A stretch of 64,000 nucleotides of DNA, taken from positions 3,359,835 through 3,423,834 of the forward strand of contig CAVZWW010000003.1 of the NCBI GenBank assembly GCA_963779225.1, in the 5' to 3' direction. The position numbers and the translations under genes were made by a program. This stretch comes from an uncultured Bacteroidota bacterium (GTDB taxonomy: Bacteria; Bacteroidota; Ignavibacteria; UBA10030; UBA6906). The notes beneath the pieces are model-generated. The model was given only the letters and a program-made list of their open reading frames with translations. It ran no database searches and was not told where the DNA came from. Below, piece after piece: positions 20,075 to 30,553 of this stretch; within the stretch, counting starts at the first letter, position 1; each line of letters starts with the position of its first letter.

Positions 20075-22243
20075 CTACCCGCGGCGCGGGCCTCTGTCAC
20101 GCCCGCCACGATCACGGCCTCCACCACCACTTCCCCCTTCACGCTTCGGAGGAAGCGGCTCGTCCGGGTTCAACACCGCACGCCGGCTGAGCTTGAACCG
20201 CCCCATCTCATCCTGATCGATCAGCTTCACCTCAAAAACGTCTCCGACTTTTACGACATCGTTCGGGTTCTCGACGCGCTTCGTGTCGAGCTGCGATACG
20301 TGGACCAGCCCCTCTTTTCCGGGCAGGTACTCCACGAACGCACCGAAGTCCATCACCTTCTTCACGGTCGCCGTGTAGATCTTCCCGATTTCCGGAAGTG
20401 CGGTGATTCCCTTGATCGCGTTGATGGCTATCTCCGCCGACTCCTTTGTGGTTGCGGCGATCACCACCGACCCGTCATCTTCGATGTTGATCTCGGCGCC
20501 GCTGTCTGCGACGATCTTGCGGATGTTCTTTCCACCCGGCCCGATTACCGCGCCGATCATGTCGATGGGAATCTTCAGCGTGGTAAGACGGGGCGCATAG
20601 GTGGAGAGATCGGCGCGCGGTGTCGAAATCGCCTCTTCCATCTTCCCGAGAATATGCAGACGCCCGGCTTTCGCCTGTTCCAGTGCTGAACGCATGATGG
20701 CCAGCGAAATGCCGCCGATCTTGATGTCCATCTGGCACGCCGTGATCCCATCCCGGGTCCCGGCCACCTTGAAGTCCATGTCGCCCAGGTGATCTTCATT
20801 GCCGAGAATATCGCTCAGGATGGCGACCCGGTCTCCTTCTTTCACCAGGCCCATCGCAATGCCGGCGACGGATTTCTTCAGCGGCGCGCCGCCGTCGAGC
20901 AGTGCAAGCGTCGCAGCGCACACGGTCGCCATTGACGACGACCCGTTGGATTCGAGGATATCCGAAACGAGGCGCACGGTGTACGGAAATTCGGCTTCCG
21001 GCGCCATCATGCTCTTGATCGAACGTTCCGCAAGGTTGCCATGGCCGATTTCACGGCGTCCGGTGGAGCCGAGCCGGCCTACTTCGCCCACCGAAAACGG
21101 CGGGAAGTTGTAGTGCAGCATGAAGCGCTTTGTTGATTCGGGTTGCAGGCCGTCGATTCTCTGTTCGTCGAGCTTCGTGCCGAGGGTGAGAGTGGTGAGG
21201 CTCTGCGTTTCACCGCGCTGAAAAAGGGCCGAACCGTGCGTACGGGGGAGCAGCCCCACTTCGATGGTAATCTGACGGATATCGCGGAGTCCGCGTCCGT
21301 CGAGCCGTACCCCCTGCGTGAGGATCATCTCCCGCATGGCATGATATTCCAGATCATGAACCGCACTCTTGATGGCACTTTGCTGTTCGGGGAATCGCTC
21401 CGCCAGCGCTTCGACGGTTTCCTTTGCCAGATCAGCGGTCTTCTGTGCCCGTTCCTCTTTAAGCAGAGGGGTGTGTGCAAGTGTGCGGACGCGTTCGCCC
21501 GCGAATGTGGCCACGGCGGCCTTCAGGTCGGCGACCTGTCCGTCGGGCGGCGGTTGACGTTTCGGGATGCCGCATTCCTTGACGAGTTCTTTTTGCAGAC
21601 GGCACATCTCTTTGATCGAGGTGTGTGCAAACTCCAGTGCCCCGAGCATGTCCTCTTCGGACATCTCCAGCGCCTCTCCTTCCACCATGACGATGGAATC
21701 CTCGGTACCGGCGACGATGATATCCATGTCGCTGGTGTGCAGATCGGTGAATGTCGGATTGATCACGAGCTGGCCGTTGATCCGGCCGACGCGGACTTCC
21801 GCGATGGGACCCGCGAAGGGAATATCCGAAATCATCAGTGCGGCGGATGCAGCCACGGCGCCCAGGACATCGCCGTCATGTTCCTGGTCGGACGAATAGA
21901 CGGTGACGATGACCTGCGTTTCGCACTGGAACCAGTCCGGGAACAGCGGACGGATAGGCCGGTCGATCACGCGTGACGAGAGGATCTCTTTTTCCGATGG
22001 CCGGGCCTCGCGCTTGAAAAATCCGCCAGGAATCTTCCCCGCCGACGCCGCCTTCTCGCGGTATTCCACCTGTAACGGGAAGTAATCATACCCGGGTGTT
22101 GCCTCTTCTTTGGCAACCACGGCCGCGAGCACCATGGTGTCGCCGAACCTTGCCATCACCGAACCATCCGCCTGCTTGGCGAACCGGCCGGTTTCAAGGG
22201 AGAATATCTTCCCCCCTATTTCGATCTCTTTCGTGACTTTCAT
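20075..22243 (-). CDS. pnp: polyribonucleotide nucleotidyltransferase (PNPase)
   Basis: 722 aa with two RNase PH domains, KH and S1 domains, and a C-terminal RG-rich tail. Confidence 0.95.
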   Translation of the reverse strand: MKVTKEIEIGGKIFSLETGRFAKQADGSVMARFGDTMVLAAVVAKEEATPGYDYFPLQVEYREKAASAGKIPGGFFKREARPSEKEILSSRVIDRPIRPLFPDWFQCETQVIVTVYSSDQEHDGDVLGAVAASAALMISDIPFAGPIAEVRVGRINGQLVINPTFTDLHTSDMDIIVAGTEDSIVMVEGEALEMSEEDMLGALEFAHTSIKEMCRLQKELVKECGIPKRQPPPDGQVADLKAAVATFAGERVRTLAHTPLLKEERAQKTADLAKETVEALAERFPEQQSAIKSAVHDLEYHAMREMILTQGVRLDGRGLRDIRQITIEVGLLPRTHGSALFQRGETQSLTTLTLGTKLDEQRIDGLQPESTKRFMLHYNFPPFSVGEVGRLGSTGRREIGHGNLAERSIKSMMAPEAEFPYTVRLVSDILESNGSSSMATVCAATLALLDGGAPLKKSVAGIAMGLVKEGDRVAILSDILGNEDHLGDMDFKVAGTRDGITACQMDIKIGGISLAIMRSALEQAKAGRLHILGKMEEAISTPRADLSTYAPRLTTLKIPIDMIGAVIGPGGKNIRKIVADSGAEINIEDDGSVVIAATTKESAEIAINAIKGITALPEIGKIYTATVKKVMDFGAFVEYLPGKEGLVHVSQLDTKRVENPNDVVKVGDVFEVKLIDQDEMGRFKLSRRAVLNPDEPLPPKREGGSGGGGRDRGGRDRGPRRG

Positions 22244-22289
22244 TACCTTCTACCGCCTCATCGATGAATGAATACGTGAACTGATCCGT

Positions 22290-22559
22290 TTATTTGCGGA
22301 TTTCAAGCTCTTCAATAACCTTCCGGTACCGATCGATTGCTTTCTCGCGAAGATAGTCCAGCAACCGGCGGCGTTTTCCCACCATCTTCAGAAGTCCCAC
22401 GCGCGAATGGTGGTCCTTCTTGAATTTCTCGAAATGCGGAGCGAGGTCGTTGATGCGCGCGGTCAGCAGCGCGATCTGGACCTCGGGCAATCCGGTGTCG
22501 GTCGGCGTCTTGCCGAATTTTTTGATGATCTCCGACTTCGTGTCCTTCGTAATAGCCAT
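22290..22559 (-). CDS. rpsO: 30S ribosomal protein S15
   Basis: 89 aa: [16 protein letters not shown]...[21 protein letters not shown]. The ORF call extends upstream, and the true start is the internal Met. Confidence 0.9.
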   Translation of the reverse strand: MAITKDTKSEIIKKFGKTPTDTGLPEVQIALLTARINDLAPHFEKFKKDHHSRVGLLKMVGKRRRLLDYLREKAIDRYRKVIEELEIRK

Positions 22560-22563
22560 ACTG

Positions 22564-23526
22564 TTACTCCTTGGATTGTGTTGAAGAAAATACCCGCGCT
22601 GCAATCAAGCGTCGCGCTTCGTCCCGGTCCTGCTGCAGCTGTGCCGTCAGAGTTTCCAGGCTGTCAAATTTCTTCTCGTCGCGCAGGCGCCTGAGAAACG
22701 TCACCGTCAGCCGCTCGCCGTAAATCTCCCTGTCAAAATCGAGGAGGTGAACCTCCAGCACCTGGTTCAGACCGGCGCTGACCGTCGGCCTGACGCCGAT
22801 ATTCATAATACCATAAGCCCTGCTGCCCGCCATGGAAGCCTCGACGAGATACACCCCCCTGCCCGGAAGCAGCTTGCGGGGATGCAGGGGTTGGATGTTC
22901 GCCGTCGGGAAGCCGATGGTACGACCCCGGCGGTCGCCTCCCACGATGGTTCCCCCGAGCTGGTATGCATATCCCAGCATGGCGTTCGCCTTCTCCACGT
23001 CCCCCGCCGCAAGAGCATTCCGGATACGCGTGCTGCTGATCGGCGCACCGTCGACTGACAGAGGATGCACGGCGAATACCGAAAAGTCGAGTGTTCTTCC
23101 CATCTCCACCAGACCCTGGATCCCGGCTTCCCGATCCCGGCCGAACATGTGGTCGTATCCCACAACAACTTCGCTCACGCCGATTTCTCCGGCCACGATA
23201 TCATCGTAGAACTCTCTCGCAGTGAGTCTCGAGAACGCCGGGGTGAATCCAATGATCAACACCACATCGACATGGAGATCCCGCAACATCTCGATGCGAT
23301 CATCCAGCGTCGACAGCATCTGCACCGGTCCTTTGGCGGAGGCCACCACTTCCTTCGGGTGCGGGTCGAAGGTGATCACGACACTCCGTCCTTCCCGCAT
23401 TCGTGCACGGTGGACAACCTCGCGGACGATCTCCCGGTGAGCCCGGTGAATCCCGTCGAACATGCCGACGGTCACGACAGAGTTCTTGTCGTGACCCACC
23501 AGGTCCAATGAACGCAGGACTTTCAT
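22564..23526 (-). CDS. ribF: bifunctional riboflavin kinase / FMN adenylyltransferase
   Basis: [17 protein letters not shown] and a C-terminal riboflavin kinase domain. Start at the internal MKVLRS. Confidence 0.85.
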   Translation of the reverse strand: MKVLRSLDLVGHDKNSVVTVGMFDGIHRAHREIVREVVHRARMREGRSVVITFDPHPKEVVASAKGPVQMLSTLDDRIEMLRDLHVDVVLIIGFTPAFSRLTAREFYDDIVAGEIGVSEVVVGYDHMFGRDREAGIQGLVEMGRTLDFSVFAVHPLSVDGAPISSTRIRNALAAGDVEKANAMLGYAYQLGGTIVGGDRRGRTIGFPTANIQPLHPRKLLPGRGVYLVEASMAGSRAYGIMNIGVRPTVSAGLNQVLEVHLLDFDREIYGERLTVTFLRRLRDEKKFDSLETLTAQLQQDRDEARRLIAARVFSSTQSKE

Positions 23527-24284
23527 GCGAGCGGTGCCGGTTCTGCCGAAGCGGCATCCCGGCGTTGAAATTGCTCCAGGGTCATTGCCTCGCCGAGGCC
23601 GTACGGCCCGATCCTGGTGCGTCTGAGCGCAGTCACGCATGCTCCGCACCCCAGCCGTTCTCCCACATCATTCACGATCGCCCGGACATACGTCCCTTTG
23701 GAGCAAACGACGGTGAACCGGACTTTCGGGATCTGTATCTCTGTGGCCGCGATCCGATGGATGATAATCTGGCGCGGCGGTCGTTCGACCTCGACACCCT
23801 TCCGCGCCAGTTTGTACAGTCGCGTGCCGTCAATTTTCACCGCCGACCACATGGGCGGCACCTGCGTTTGCGCGCCGGCGAATGCCGCGAGTGTTTCGCG
23901 GACCTGCATTTCGGTTATTCCTGCAGTGCTCCGGCGTTCCGTCACCGCGGTCCCGGCGTCGAAGCTCGGCGTCCGCACCCCCAGCTCCATCTCGACCTCG
24001 TACTCCTTGTCGAGTCCTACGAAACCGTCGATCTGTTTGCGCTTGCGGCCGGTGCACACGATCAGAAGTCCCGTGGCCATCGGATCGAGCGTTCCGGCAT
24101 GTCCTGTCTTCACGCCCCCCGAGAGGCGCCTGATCTTGTTGACCACATCGAATGACGTCCAGCCGGCCGGTTTGTCGATAAGCAGAACTTCGCCCTCGAC
24201 CACCGGGGGTTCATTTCTCTCCGCCACCCTCGTGCTCCCCCTCGCTGCGATGGATCTCCTTGAGCAACGTGTTGATCCGGTCAA
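23523..24284 (-). CDS. truB: tRNA pseudouridine(55) synthase
   Basis: [15 protein letters not shown] and [13 protein letters not shown] catalytic motifs. The start is uncertain. An Arg-rich N-terminal extension, as in E. coli TruB, or a GTG near 24227 would both fit. Confidence 0.8.
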   Translation of the reverse strand: MTGSTRCSRRSIAARGSTRVAERNEPPVVEGEVLLIDKPAGWTSFDVVNKIRRLSGGVKTGHAGTLDPMATGLLIVCTGRKRKQIDGFVGLDKEYEVEMELGVRTPSFDAGTAVTERRSTAGITEMQVRETLAAFAGAQTQVPPMWSAVKIDGTRLYKLARKGVEVERPPRQIIIHRIAATEIQIPKVRFTVVCSKGTYVRAIVNDVGERLGCGACVTALRRTRIGPYGLGEAMTLEQFQRRDAASAEPAPLA

Positions 24285-24582
24285 CCCGGTCGAGCGTTGT
24301 ATCGTGGTAAAAGTGGAGTTCGGGTATGAACCGCATGTGCAGGTGATGACCCACGATCCCCCGGATATGGGTCCGTTCCGCCTCCAGCATTTCCATCGTC
24401 CGGGCCTGCAGCTCGGCTGATCCCAGCACGCTGAAATACACCTTCGCGATGCGGAGATCGCCGCTCACTTTCACGTCGGTCACCGTGGTGAGGCCGAACG
24501 CGGGATCATTGTAGTCCCTGATCAGGATGGCGCCGATTTCCTCTTTGATAAGAGATGCAACGCGCTCGGTGCGTATAGACAT
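24211..24582 (-). CDS. rbfA: ribosome-binding factor A
   Basis: [20 protein letters not shown]...[13 protein letters not shown]. Start at the internal Met of the longer called ORF. Confidence 0.8.
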   Translation of the reverse strand: MSIRTERVASLIKEEIGAILIRDYNDPAFGLTTVTDVKVSGDLRIAKVYFSVLGSAELQARTMEMLEAERTHIRGIVGHHLHMRFIPELHFYHDTTLDRVDRINTLLKEIHRSEGEHEGGGEK

Positions 24583-24586
24583 CGTG

Positions 24587-27328
24587 CTAGAGCTTTCGCT
24601 TGCTTTCGACGATCTTGAAGGCTTCGACGGTATCGCCGACTTTGACGTCGTTGAAGTTCTCAAAGCCGATACCGCATTCAAATCCTGAATCCACCTCGCG
24701 GACATCGTCCTTGAAGCGCTTGAGGGAACTGATCGTTCCTTCAAACACCTGGATGCCGTCGCGGATCAGACGCACGCGGTTGTTCCGGGTGATTTTTCCG
24801 TCCTGGACAATGCATCCGGCGATATTCCCGATCTTCGGCACCTTGAATACCTCGCGGACGTCGATCGTCGCAACGATCTCTTCCTTCTTTTCGGGCGAGA
24901 GCATTCCTTCGAGGGCCTTGTGCACATCGTCGATGGCGTCGTAGATGATATTGTAGGTCCGGATGTCGACCTTCTCCTTCTCGGCCAGGCGGCGGGCGTT
25001 CAGGTTCGGCCGGACGCGGAATCCGATGATGACCGCGCCCGAGGCCGCCGCAAGCATGATGTCCGATTCGGAAATCATGCCAACGCCGCTATGGATCACG
25101 TTGAGTTTGACCTCCTTGTGGGAGATCTTCATCAACGAATCGGCCAGCGCCTCAACGGATCCGTCCACGTCGCCCTTTACGATAACGGCGAGCTCCTTCA
25201 CCTGGCCTTCCTTGATCTGCAGCGAGATGTCGTCGAGGGTGGTCAGGTGAATCTGGCGGAAGTCCTGTTCCCGTTTCAGCTGCTGGCGGCGCAGACTGAT
25301 ATCGCGCGCCACGCGGTCCGAATCCACGACGATAAAGGTATCGCCGGCCTGCGGGAATCCATCCAGACCGGTCAGCTGCACCGGTGTTGACGGGCCCGCT
25401 TCTTCAAGCCGGTTGCCGCGTTCATCGTACATGGCGCGCACCTTGCCGCTGAAGATCCCCGCGATGAACGGATCACCGATGCGAAGGGTTCCTTTCTGCA
25501 CCAGGACCGTTGCGGTGACGCCCTTCCCTTTGTCCAGCTGGGCTTCCACAATGGTGCCATTGGCGAGGCGATCGGGATTCGCCTGCAGGTCGAGGAGGTC
25601 AGCTTCGAGACCGATCTTTTCGAGGAGGACATCCACGTTTTTCCCTGAGCGGGCGGACAGTTCGACACACTGATATTTGCCGCCCCATTCCTCGACGAGG
25701 ATATTGCGTTCCGCCATCTGCTGGCGGATCTTTTCCGGGTTGGCGTCGGGTTTGTCGATCTTGTTGATGGCGATGATCATTGACACGCCTGCGGCCTGCG
25801 AATGGCTGATCGCCTCCTGCGTCTGCGGCATCACGCTGTCATCGGCGGCAACCACAAGCACGACGATGTCCGTGATCTGGGCACCGCGCGCGCGCATGGC
25901 GGTAAAGGCTTCATGGCCCGGTGTATCGAGGAAGGTGATACGGCGTCCGGAAGGAGTCGTCACCTCATAGGCGCCGATATGCTGCGTGATACCGCCGGCT
26001 TCGCCCGCCACCACATTGGAGCGTCGTATGTAGTCGAGGAGCGATGTCTTGCCGTGATCCACATGTCCCATGATGGTAACCACGGGAGCGCGGGGGCGCA
26101 GACTTTCTTCGGGATCCGGCTTATCGGGGATATCCCCCTCTTCAACGACGCTCGACGTGAAGCTCACCTGCAGCTTGAACTCGTCCGCCACCAGTGCAAT
26201 CGTATCCTTGTCCAGACGCTGGTTGATGGAGACCATCATGCCGAGTTCCATGCACTTCTTGATCACATCGGCCACGTTGACGTGCATCAGATTGGCAAGG
26301 TCGTTGACGGAGACAAACTCCGTCACGCGCAGGATGCCTTCTTCGCGTTTCGCCTCTTCCTGCAGCCGCACCTCCTCCTCTTCACGTTCCCTCCGCTTCC
26401 GTTTCTTGCTGGCCGCGCGTCCGCTGACGCCGGTGTCGTCCATCGCCGCAAGTGTCCGGCGAATGGCCTCATCGACCTCGGTCTGATTGATCTCTTTATG
26501 GCGGAGCTTCTTCTTCTTCTTTTTCTTCTTGTCGAGTTCTTCGGCCTCCACCGGTTTGACTTCCGGTGTATCCTCTTTCACCCGCTTCTTTTTCTTTTTC
26601 CGTTTATGGTCCTCGGCTTCGGCTGCGGCGGCTGCGGCTGTGGGTGCAGCGCCTTTGGCTGCCTTTCCCGGAGCGGCTTTCTTGGGAGCCAGCTCCATCT
26701 TGCCTTTGATCGTAAGACCGATTTTCCCCCGCTGGCCCTTCTTGAGTTCAAGGGGCGAAAGTGACTTCTCGCGGTCCTTTCCTTTTGCCGGTGCGGCGAC
26801 CGGTTCGGTCTCGGCGACTTCTTCGGCGACAGGAGGTTCGACCGTCTCCCCCGCCGGGACCCCGGCTGCAGCGGTCTCTTCCTGAGCGACTTCCGTTGGT
26901 TCGGCCTGTTCCGGCAACGGGAGCTCCGCGACGGCTTCCGCTTCCGCCTGCGGTGCGGGAATTTCCTCCGCGGGAGGGGTGATCGGCACTTCGATCACCG
27001 GGGTTTCTTCCGGCGGCTTCACGGCAGGCTCGCCCTCCGGCGGGGTGGTCTTTGCGCCCACCTCCGGGACTTCCTCGGTGCCTTTCCTTTCCGCGCGCCT
27101 TTTTGTCTCGCGGATTTCCTGGATCTTGCGGTGATGCTTCTCCGCAACGTCCTTTTCTTTCTTGAAGTGAATGAGGATATCACGCATCATCGGCTCGTCG
27201 AGCGATGACATGTGACTCTTCACCTCGTGCCCCTTCTTGCGAAGGAACTCGATCAACGTCTCATGCGAGAGATTGAGTTCTGTCGCAACCTTGTACAGCT
27301 TTTTCTTCTTCTCTACCGTTTCGGTCAT
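24587..27328 (-). CDS. infB: translation initiation factor IF-2
   Basis: 913 aa with a G domain ([24 protein letters not shown]), a C-terminal IF2 beta-barrel and a low-complexity K/E/P-rich N-terminus that includes KKKKKKKK. Confidence 0.95.
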   Translation of the reverse strand: MTETVEKKKKLYKVATELNLSHETLIEFLRKKGHEVKSHMSSLDEPMMRDILIHFKKEKDVAEKHHRKIQEIRETKRRAERKGTEEVPEVGAKTTPPEGEPAVKPPEETPVIEVPITPPAEEIPAPQAEAEAVAELPLPEQAEPTEVAQEETAAAGVPAGETVEPPVAEEVAETEPVAAPAKGKDREKSLSPLELKKGQRGKIGLTIKGKMELAPKKAAPGKAAKGAAPTAAAAAAEAEDHKRKKKKKRVKEDTPEVKPVEAEELDKKKKKKKKLRHKEINQTEVDEAIRRTLAAMDDTGVSGRAASKKRKRREREEEEVRLQEEAKREEGILRVTEFVSVNDLANLMHVNVADVIKKCMELGMMVSINQRLDKDTIALVADEFKLQVSFTSSVVEEGDIPDKPDPEESLRPRAPVVTIMGHVDHGKTSLLDYIRRSNVVAGEAGGITQHIGAYEVTTPSGRRITFLDTPGHEAFTAMRARGAQITDIVVLVVAADDSVMPQTQEAISHSQAAGVSMIIAINKIDKPDANPEKIRQQMAERNILVEEWGGKYQCVELSARSGKNVDVLLEKIGLEADLLDLQANPDRLANGTIVEAQLDKGKGVTATVLVQKGTLRIGDPFIAGIFSGKVRAMYDERGNRLEEAGPSTPVQLTGLDGFPQAGDTFIVVDSDRVARDISLRRQQLKREQDFRQIHLTTLDDISLQIKEGQVKELAVIVKGDVDGSVEALADSLMKISHKEVKLNVIHSGVGMISESDIMLAAASGAVIIGFRVRPNLNARRLAEKEKVDIRTYNIIYDAIDDVHKALEGMLSPEKKEEIVATIDVREVFKVPKIGNIAGCIVQDGKITRNNRVRLIRDGIQVFEGTISSLKRFKDDVREVDSGFECGIGFENFNDVKVGDTVEAFKIVESKRKL

Positions 27329-27337
27329 GCGACTCCT

Positions 27338-28927
27338 TTAAGAATTCTTCGGACCCTCGTCCGTCGGCTCTGCAGGTTCCGCCGGTTCTGCAGGTTCCGC
27401 AGGCTCTGCCGGCTCTGCAGGTTCCGCAGGCTCTGCAGGTTCCGCGGGTTCCGCGGGTTCCGCGGGTTCCGCAGGCTCTGCAGGTTCCGCAGGCTCTGTG
27501 GGTTCCGCGGGTTCCGCGGGCTCTGCAGGTTCTGCCGCAGCGACTCGCGCTGCTGGAGCTACAGGGGCTGCTGGTGTTCCCGCGGGGGGAGCACCTGCGA
27601 CCGGCGCGCGGCCGGGTCCCGGCGGCAGGTCATCCGGTGTCGCCGTAGCGATCGGCTTCAGGGGATCCACCGCCTCTTCGCCTTCATCAACTTCCGCTTC
27701 GTCAAGATCTTGCCGGATCATTTCACGGATCTCGCGGACCCGCTGCTCATCCAGCCCTTCGATTTTCAGCAATGAATCCATGCTCGCATTCAGCACTTCT
27801 TTCGCCGTTTCCAGACCGGCATCGATCAGCTTCAGATACAATTCTTCACCGAGTTCCGGTTTGAAGTCTACCAGCTCGATGTCATACTCGTCCTCGTCGC
27901 CGCCCTCCTTGATGAGATTGATCTCGTAGTCGGTGAGTTTGCTTGCAAGGCGGATGTTCTGTCCGTTACGGCCGATCGCCAGGGACACCTGGTCGGCCGC
28001 GACGACAATATTCGCCTTCTTCGCTTCCTTGTCCAGCTCGACACTCTTGAGTTTTGCCGGTGCGAGAGCCCGTGTTACGAAAAGCTCCGGTACTTCGCTG
28101 AAATTGATGACGTCAATATTCTCGTTGTTGAGTTCCCGCACGATGGTATGAATGCGCACGCCCTTCATGCCGACGCATGCGCCGACCGCGTCGATACGGT
28201 CGTCGTGCGACTCCACCGCCACCTTCGCACGCTCGCCCGGCTCGCGCGCGATGCGCTTGATCTCGATGATACCGTCGTAAATCTCGGGGATTTCCATTTC
28301 GAAGAGCTTCGCCAGAAACTTCGCGTCGGCCCGGGAGACGACCACCGCGGGGGTGCCGTTGTTCCGCCGGACTTCCTTCACCACCGCACGGATGGTCTCG
28401 CCCTTCTTGTACCGTTCCTTGAAGATCTGTTCGCTCTTCGGAAGAATAAGCTCGTTCCGGTTGTGATTGATCAGAATCTCGTTCCGACGGATCTGATAGA
28501 TTTCGCCCACGATAATGTCGCCGACCGCATTGCTGTACTCGTTGTACATCAACTCGCGTTCGATCTCTTTGATCCGCTGGTTCAGGTTCTGCTTTGCGCT
28601 CACAACCAGGCGCCGTCCGAAGACGACAAGCGGAACGACTTCCACGTAGTCTTCGCCGACATCCAGATCTTCCCCGGACAGTTCGCGCGCGGTTGCGACA
28701 TCAATCTGCGTCACGGGGTTCTCCACCGTCTCCACGACCTCCCGTTCCAGGAAGATCTCGATGTCGCCCTTGTCCATGTTGACCACGACGTCAAACTTCG
28801 CGTCCTGGCCGAATTTCTTCCGCACCATCATCGAAAAGACGTCCTCGACAATACCGGTCAGGATATCCTTGTCGATCCCCTTCTCGCGAACCATCTGCGC
28901 GAACGATTCGACAATCTCCGAATTCAT
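27338..28927 (-). CDS. nusA: transcription termination/antitermination factor NusA with a C-terminal (AEP)n repeat tail
   Basis: N-terminal domain, S1, KH1 and KH2, then a Pro/Ala-rich linker and about 19 AEP tripeptides. Start at the internal MNSEIVESF. Confidence 0.9.
   Translation of the reverse strand: MNSEIVESFAQMVREKGIDKDILTGIVEDVFSMMVRKKFGQDAKFDVVVNMDKGDIEIFLEREVVETVENPVTQIDVATARELSGEDLDVGEDYVEVVPLVVFGRRLVVSAKQNLNQRIKEIERELMYNEYSNAVGDIIVGEIYQIRRNEILINHNRNELILPKSEQIFKERYKKGETIRAVVKEVRRNNGTPAVVVSRADAKFLAKLFEMEIPEIYDGIIEIKRIAREPGERAKVAVESHDDRIDAVGACVGMKGVRIHTIVRELNNENIDVINFSEVPELFVTRALAPAKLKSVELDKEAKKANIVVAADQVSLAIGRNGQNIRLASKLTDYEINLIKEGGDEDEYDIELVDFKPELGEELYLKLIDAGLETAKEVLNASMDSLLKIEGLDEQRVREIREMIRQDLDEAEVDEGEEAVDPLKPIATATPDDLPPGPGRAPVAGAPPAGTPAAPVAPAARVAAAEPAEPAEPAEPTEPAEPAEPAEPAEPAEPAEPAEPAEPAEPAEPAEPAEPAEPAEPTDEGPKNS
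27365..27540. repeat. tandem 9-bp repeat (ggttccgca / ggctctgca variants, about 19 units) encoding (AEP)n at the 3' end of nusA
   Basis: A periodic ctgcaggttccgcaggctctgcaggttcc... array is directly visible and stays in frame with nusA on the minus strand. Confidence 0.8.
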
Positions 28928-28967
28928 TACTTCCTCCACATAAATACGTGTGCCTTGATTCCGGGAC

Positions 28968-29423
28968 TCACCATGGCGGTGCGACCTTTGCCTCCCGGAT
29001 GTCGCCGAACAGGATCCGCGTCTCTGCCGAGCCCGCGAACCGCACTGTGATACCCTCGTCGTCCGCCGCAACGAGCGATCCCCGCCGGGCGGGTACGCCG
29101 GGTGTTGATGCGAGCTTGAGCAACAGCTCGCGCCCGATGTGCTTGGGATATTGCCAGGAGAATCCCAGCGGCCGGTCTATGCCGGGCGAAGATACTTCGA
29201 GACGGTACCCTGACGAGATGATCTCCGTCGCGTCAATGATTGCGCTGATGTTCCTGCTGATTTCGGCACAGAGGTCGGTGGTGACCACACCGGGTGTGTC
29301 GATATACACTTCCAGCACAGGACGCCGGTGATCACCGCGGATTACGACATCAACAACGTGCGCCGCGCTTTGCGTGACACAGGTATGTATTGCCTGGCGG
29401 AGGGGCTCCGGAACGCGCATCAT
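28968..29423 (-). CDS. rimP: ribosome maturation factor RimP
   Basis: Reads ...VVDVVIRGDHRRPVLEVYIDTPGVVTTDLCAEISRNIS..., which is RimP/YhbC-like. Start taken at MMRVPEP. The called ORF extends into the upstream hairpin region. Confidence 0.8.
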   Translation of the reverse strand: MMRVPEPLRQAIHTCVTQSAAHVVDVVIRGDHRRPVLEVYIDTPGVVTTDLCAEISRNISAIIDATEIISSGYRLEVSSPGIDRPLGFSWQYPKHIGRELLLKLASTPGVPARRGSLVAADDEGITVRFAGSAETRILFGDIREAKVAPPW

Positions 29424-29438
29424 GATCCTGGTTGAGAC

Positions 29439-29465
29439 AAATAAAAATAGCCCGGTACGGGCTAT
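29439..29465 (-). terminator. intrinsic terminator / leader hairpin downstream of ltaE and 15 nt upstream of rimP
   Basis: On the minus strand, atagcccgtaccgggctat (8-bp stem, 3-nt loop) is followed by ttttattt. A second small hairpin, ctacaaa-cc-tttgtag, lies at 29468-29484. Confidence 0.55.
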
Positions 29466-29506
29466 CTCTACAAACCTTTGTAGTATACTACTTTCACCAG
29501 CAAAAA

Positions 29507-30553
29507 TCAAGTCCCGCGGGCAAAAACATCGATCGTCACCCCTGCAGCCTGTTTCACCTGGTCCATCGTGACATCCAGATGGGTCACCGCCCGCAGAGTC
29601 GTTCCGGTTGCCGGAATCATCAAAACCCCCCGCCTGCGCAGCTCGGCCGCCAGCTCATCCGGTGTCCGTCCGGTGCCTGCCACGTCGATAATCAGGATAT
29701 TCGTCTGGACGGAGGCGGTGTCAATCGACACCCCGGGAGCACCGGAAAGTGCCCTGGCAAGTTCCGCGGCCTTGGCATGATCTTCGCTCAGCCGCCCGAT
29801 GTTGTGCTCCAGTGCGTAGAGGGCGGCCGCTGCAAGCACCCCTGCCTGCCGCATCCCACCCCCGAAAATCTTCCGGAAGTGCCGCGCTTCTTCTATGAAT
29901 TCCCGTGTACCCGCGATCGCCGAACCCACGGGAGCACCCAGTCCCTTGGAGAAACAAACCGAAACGGAATCGAAATGGCGTGCGTATTCTGCGGGAGAAA
30001 CCCCCGAGGCGACGCTGGCGTTCCAGATGCGCGCCCCGTCCAGGTGCATCCCTATCCCTTCACGTCGGGCCAGCGCGGATACTTCCTCGATAAGCGGGAG
30101 CGGATACACCGTCCCCCCCGCCAGGTTGTGTGTGTTCTCCAGACAGACCAGACGCGTCCGGGGCATATAGTAGATGTTCGGCCTGATAGCCTGCGCCACC
30201 TGGGCGGCACGCAGTTGACCGTGCGTGCCCGGTATGGTATGGACCTGCACACCCGAGAGAAACGCCGACCCGCCGGTTTCATGGTTGAAGACATGCGATC
30301 TGGCTTCCGCAACGATTTCGTCCCCGGGCCGGGTATGGACCTTGATGCACAGCTGGTTTCCCATCGTGCCGCTCGGCACGAACAATGCCGCCTCCTTCCC
30401 CAGCATGCCGGCAACCTGATCCTGGAGCCTGTTCACGGTCGGGTCTTCGGCGAACACATCGTCGCCGACTTCCGCCCCGGCCATGGCCCGCCGCATAGCC
30501 TCAGACGGCCGCGTCACCGTATCGCTCCGCAGGTCAATCATTTGTTCTGCCAT
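29507..30553 (-). CDS. ltaE: low-specificity L-threonine aldolase
   Basis: [18 protein letters not shown]...[11 protein letters not shown]...[12 protein letters not shown] (PLP-lysine region). Confidence 0.8.
   Translation of the reverse strand: MAEQMIDLRSDTVTRPSEAMRRAMAGAEVGDDVFAEDPTVNRLQDQVAGMLGKEAALFVPSGTMGNQLCIKVHTRPGDEIVAEARSHVFNHETGGSAFLSGVQVHTIPGTHGQLRAAQVAQAIRPNIYYMPRTRLVCLENTHNLAGGTVYPLPLIEEVSALARREGIGMHLDGARIWNASVASGVSPAEYARHFDSVSVCFSKGLGAPVGSAIAGTREFIEEARHFRKIFGGGMRQAGVLAAAALYALEHNIGRLSEDHAKAAELARALSGAPGVSIDTASVQTNILIIDVAGTGRTPDELAAELRRRGVLMIPATGTTLRAVTHLDVTMDQVKQAAGVTIDVFARGT

Noticed and set aside
22244-22292. rpsO terminator / pnp leader hairpin (atccg...cggat)
   Set aside because: A 5-bp stem with an 8-nt loop that overlaps the rpsO stop codon. 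It is too weak to call without structure conservation.
26480-26560. Poly-lysine / poly-A-rich stretch in infB as a slippage or phase-variation site
   Set aside because: It encodes the normal low-complexity K/E-rich N-terminal linker of IF2. There is no long mononucleotide run, since the tract is cttcttctt-type codon repeats, and the frame stays intact.
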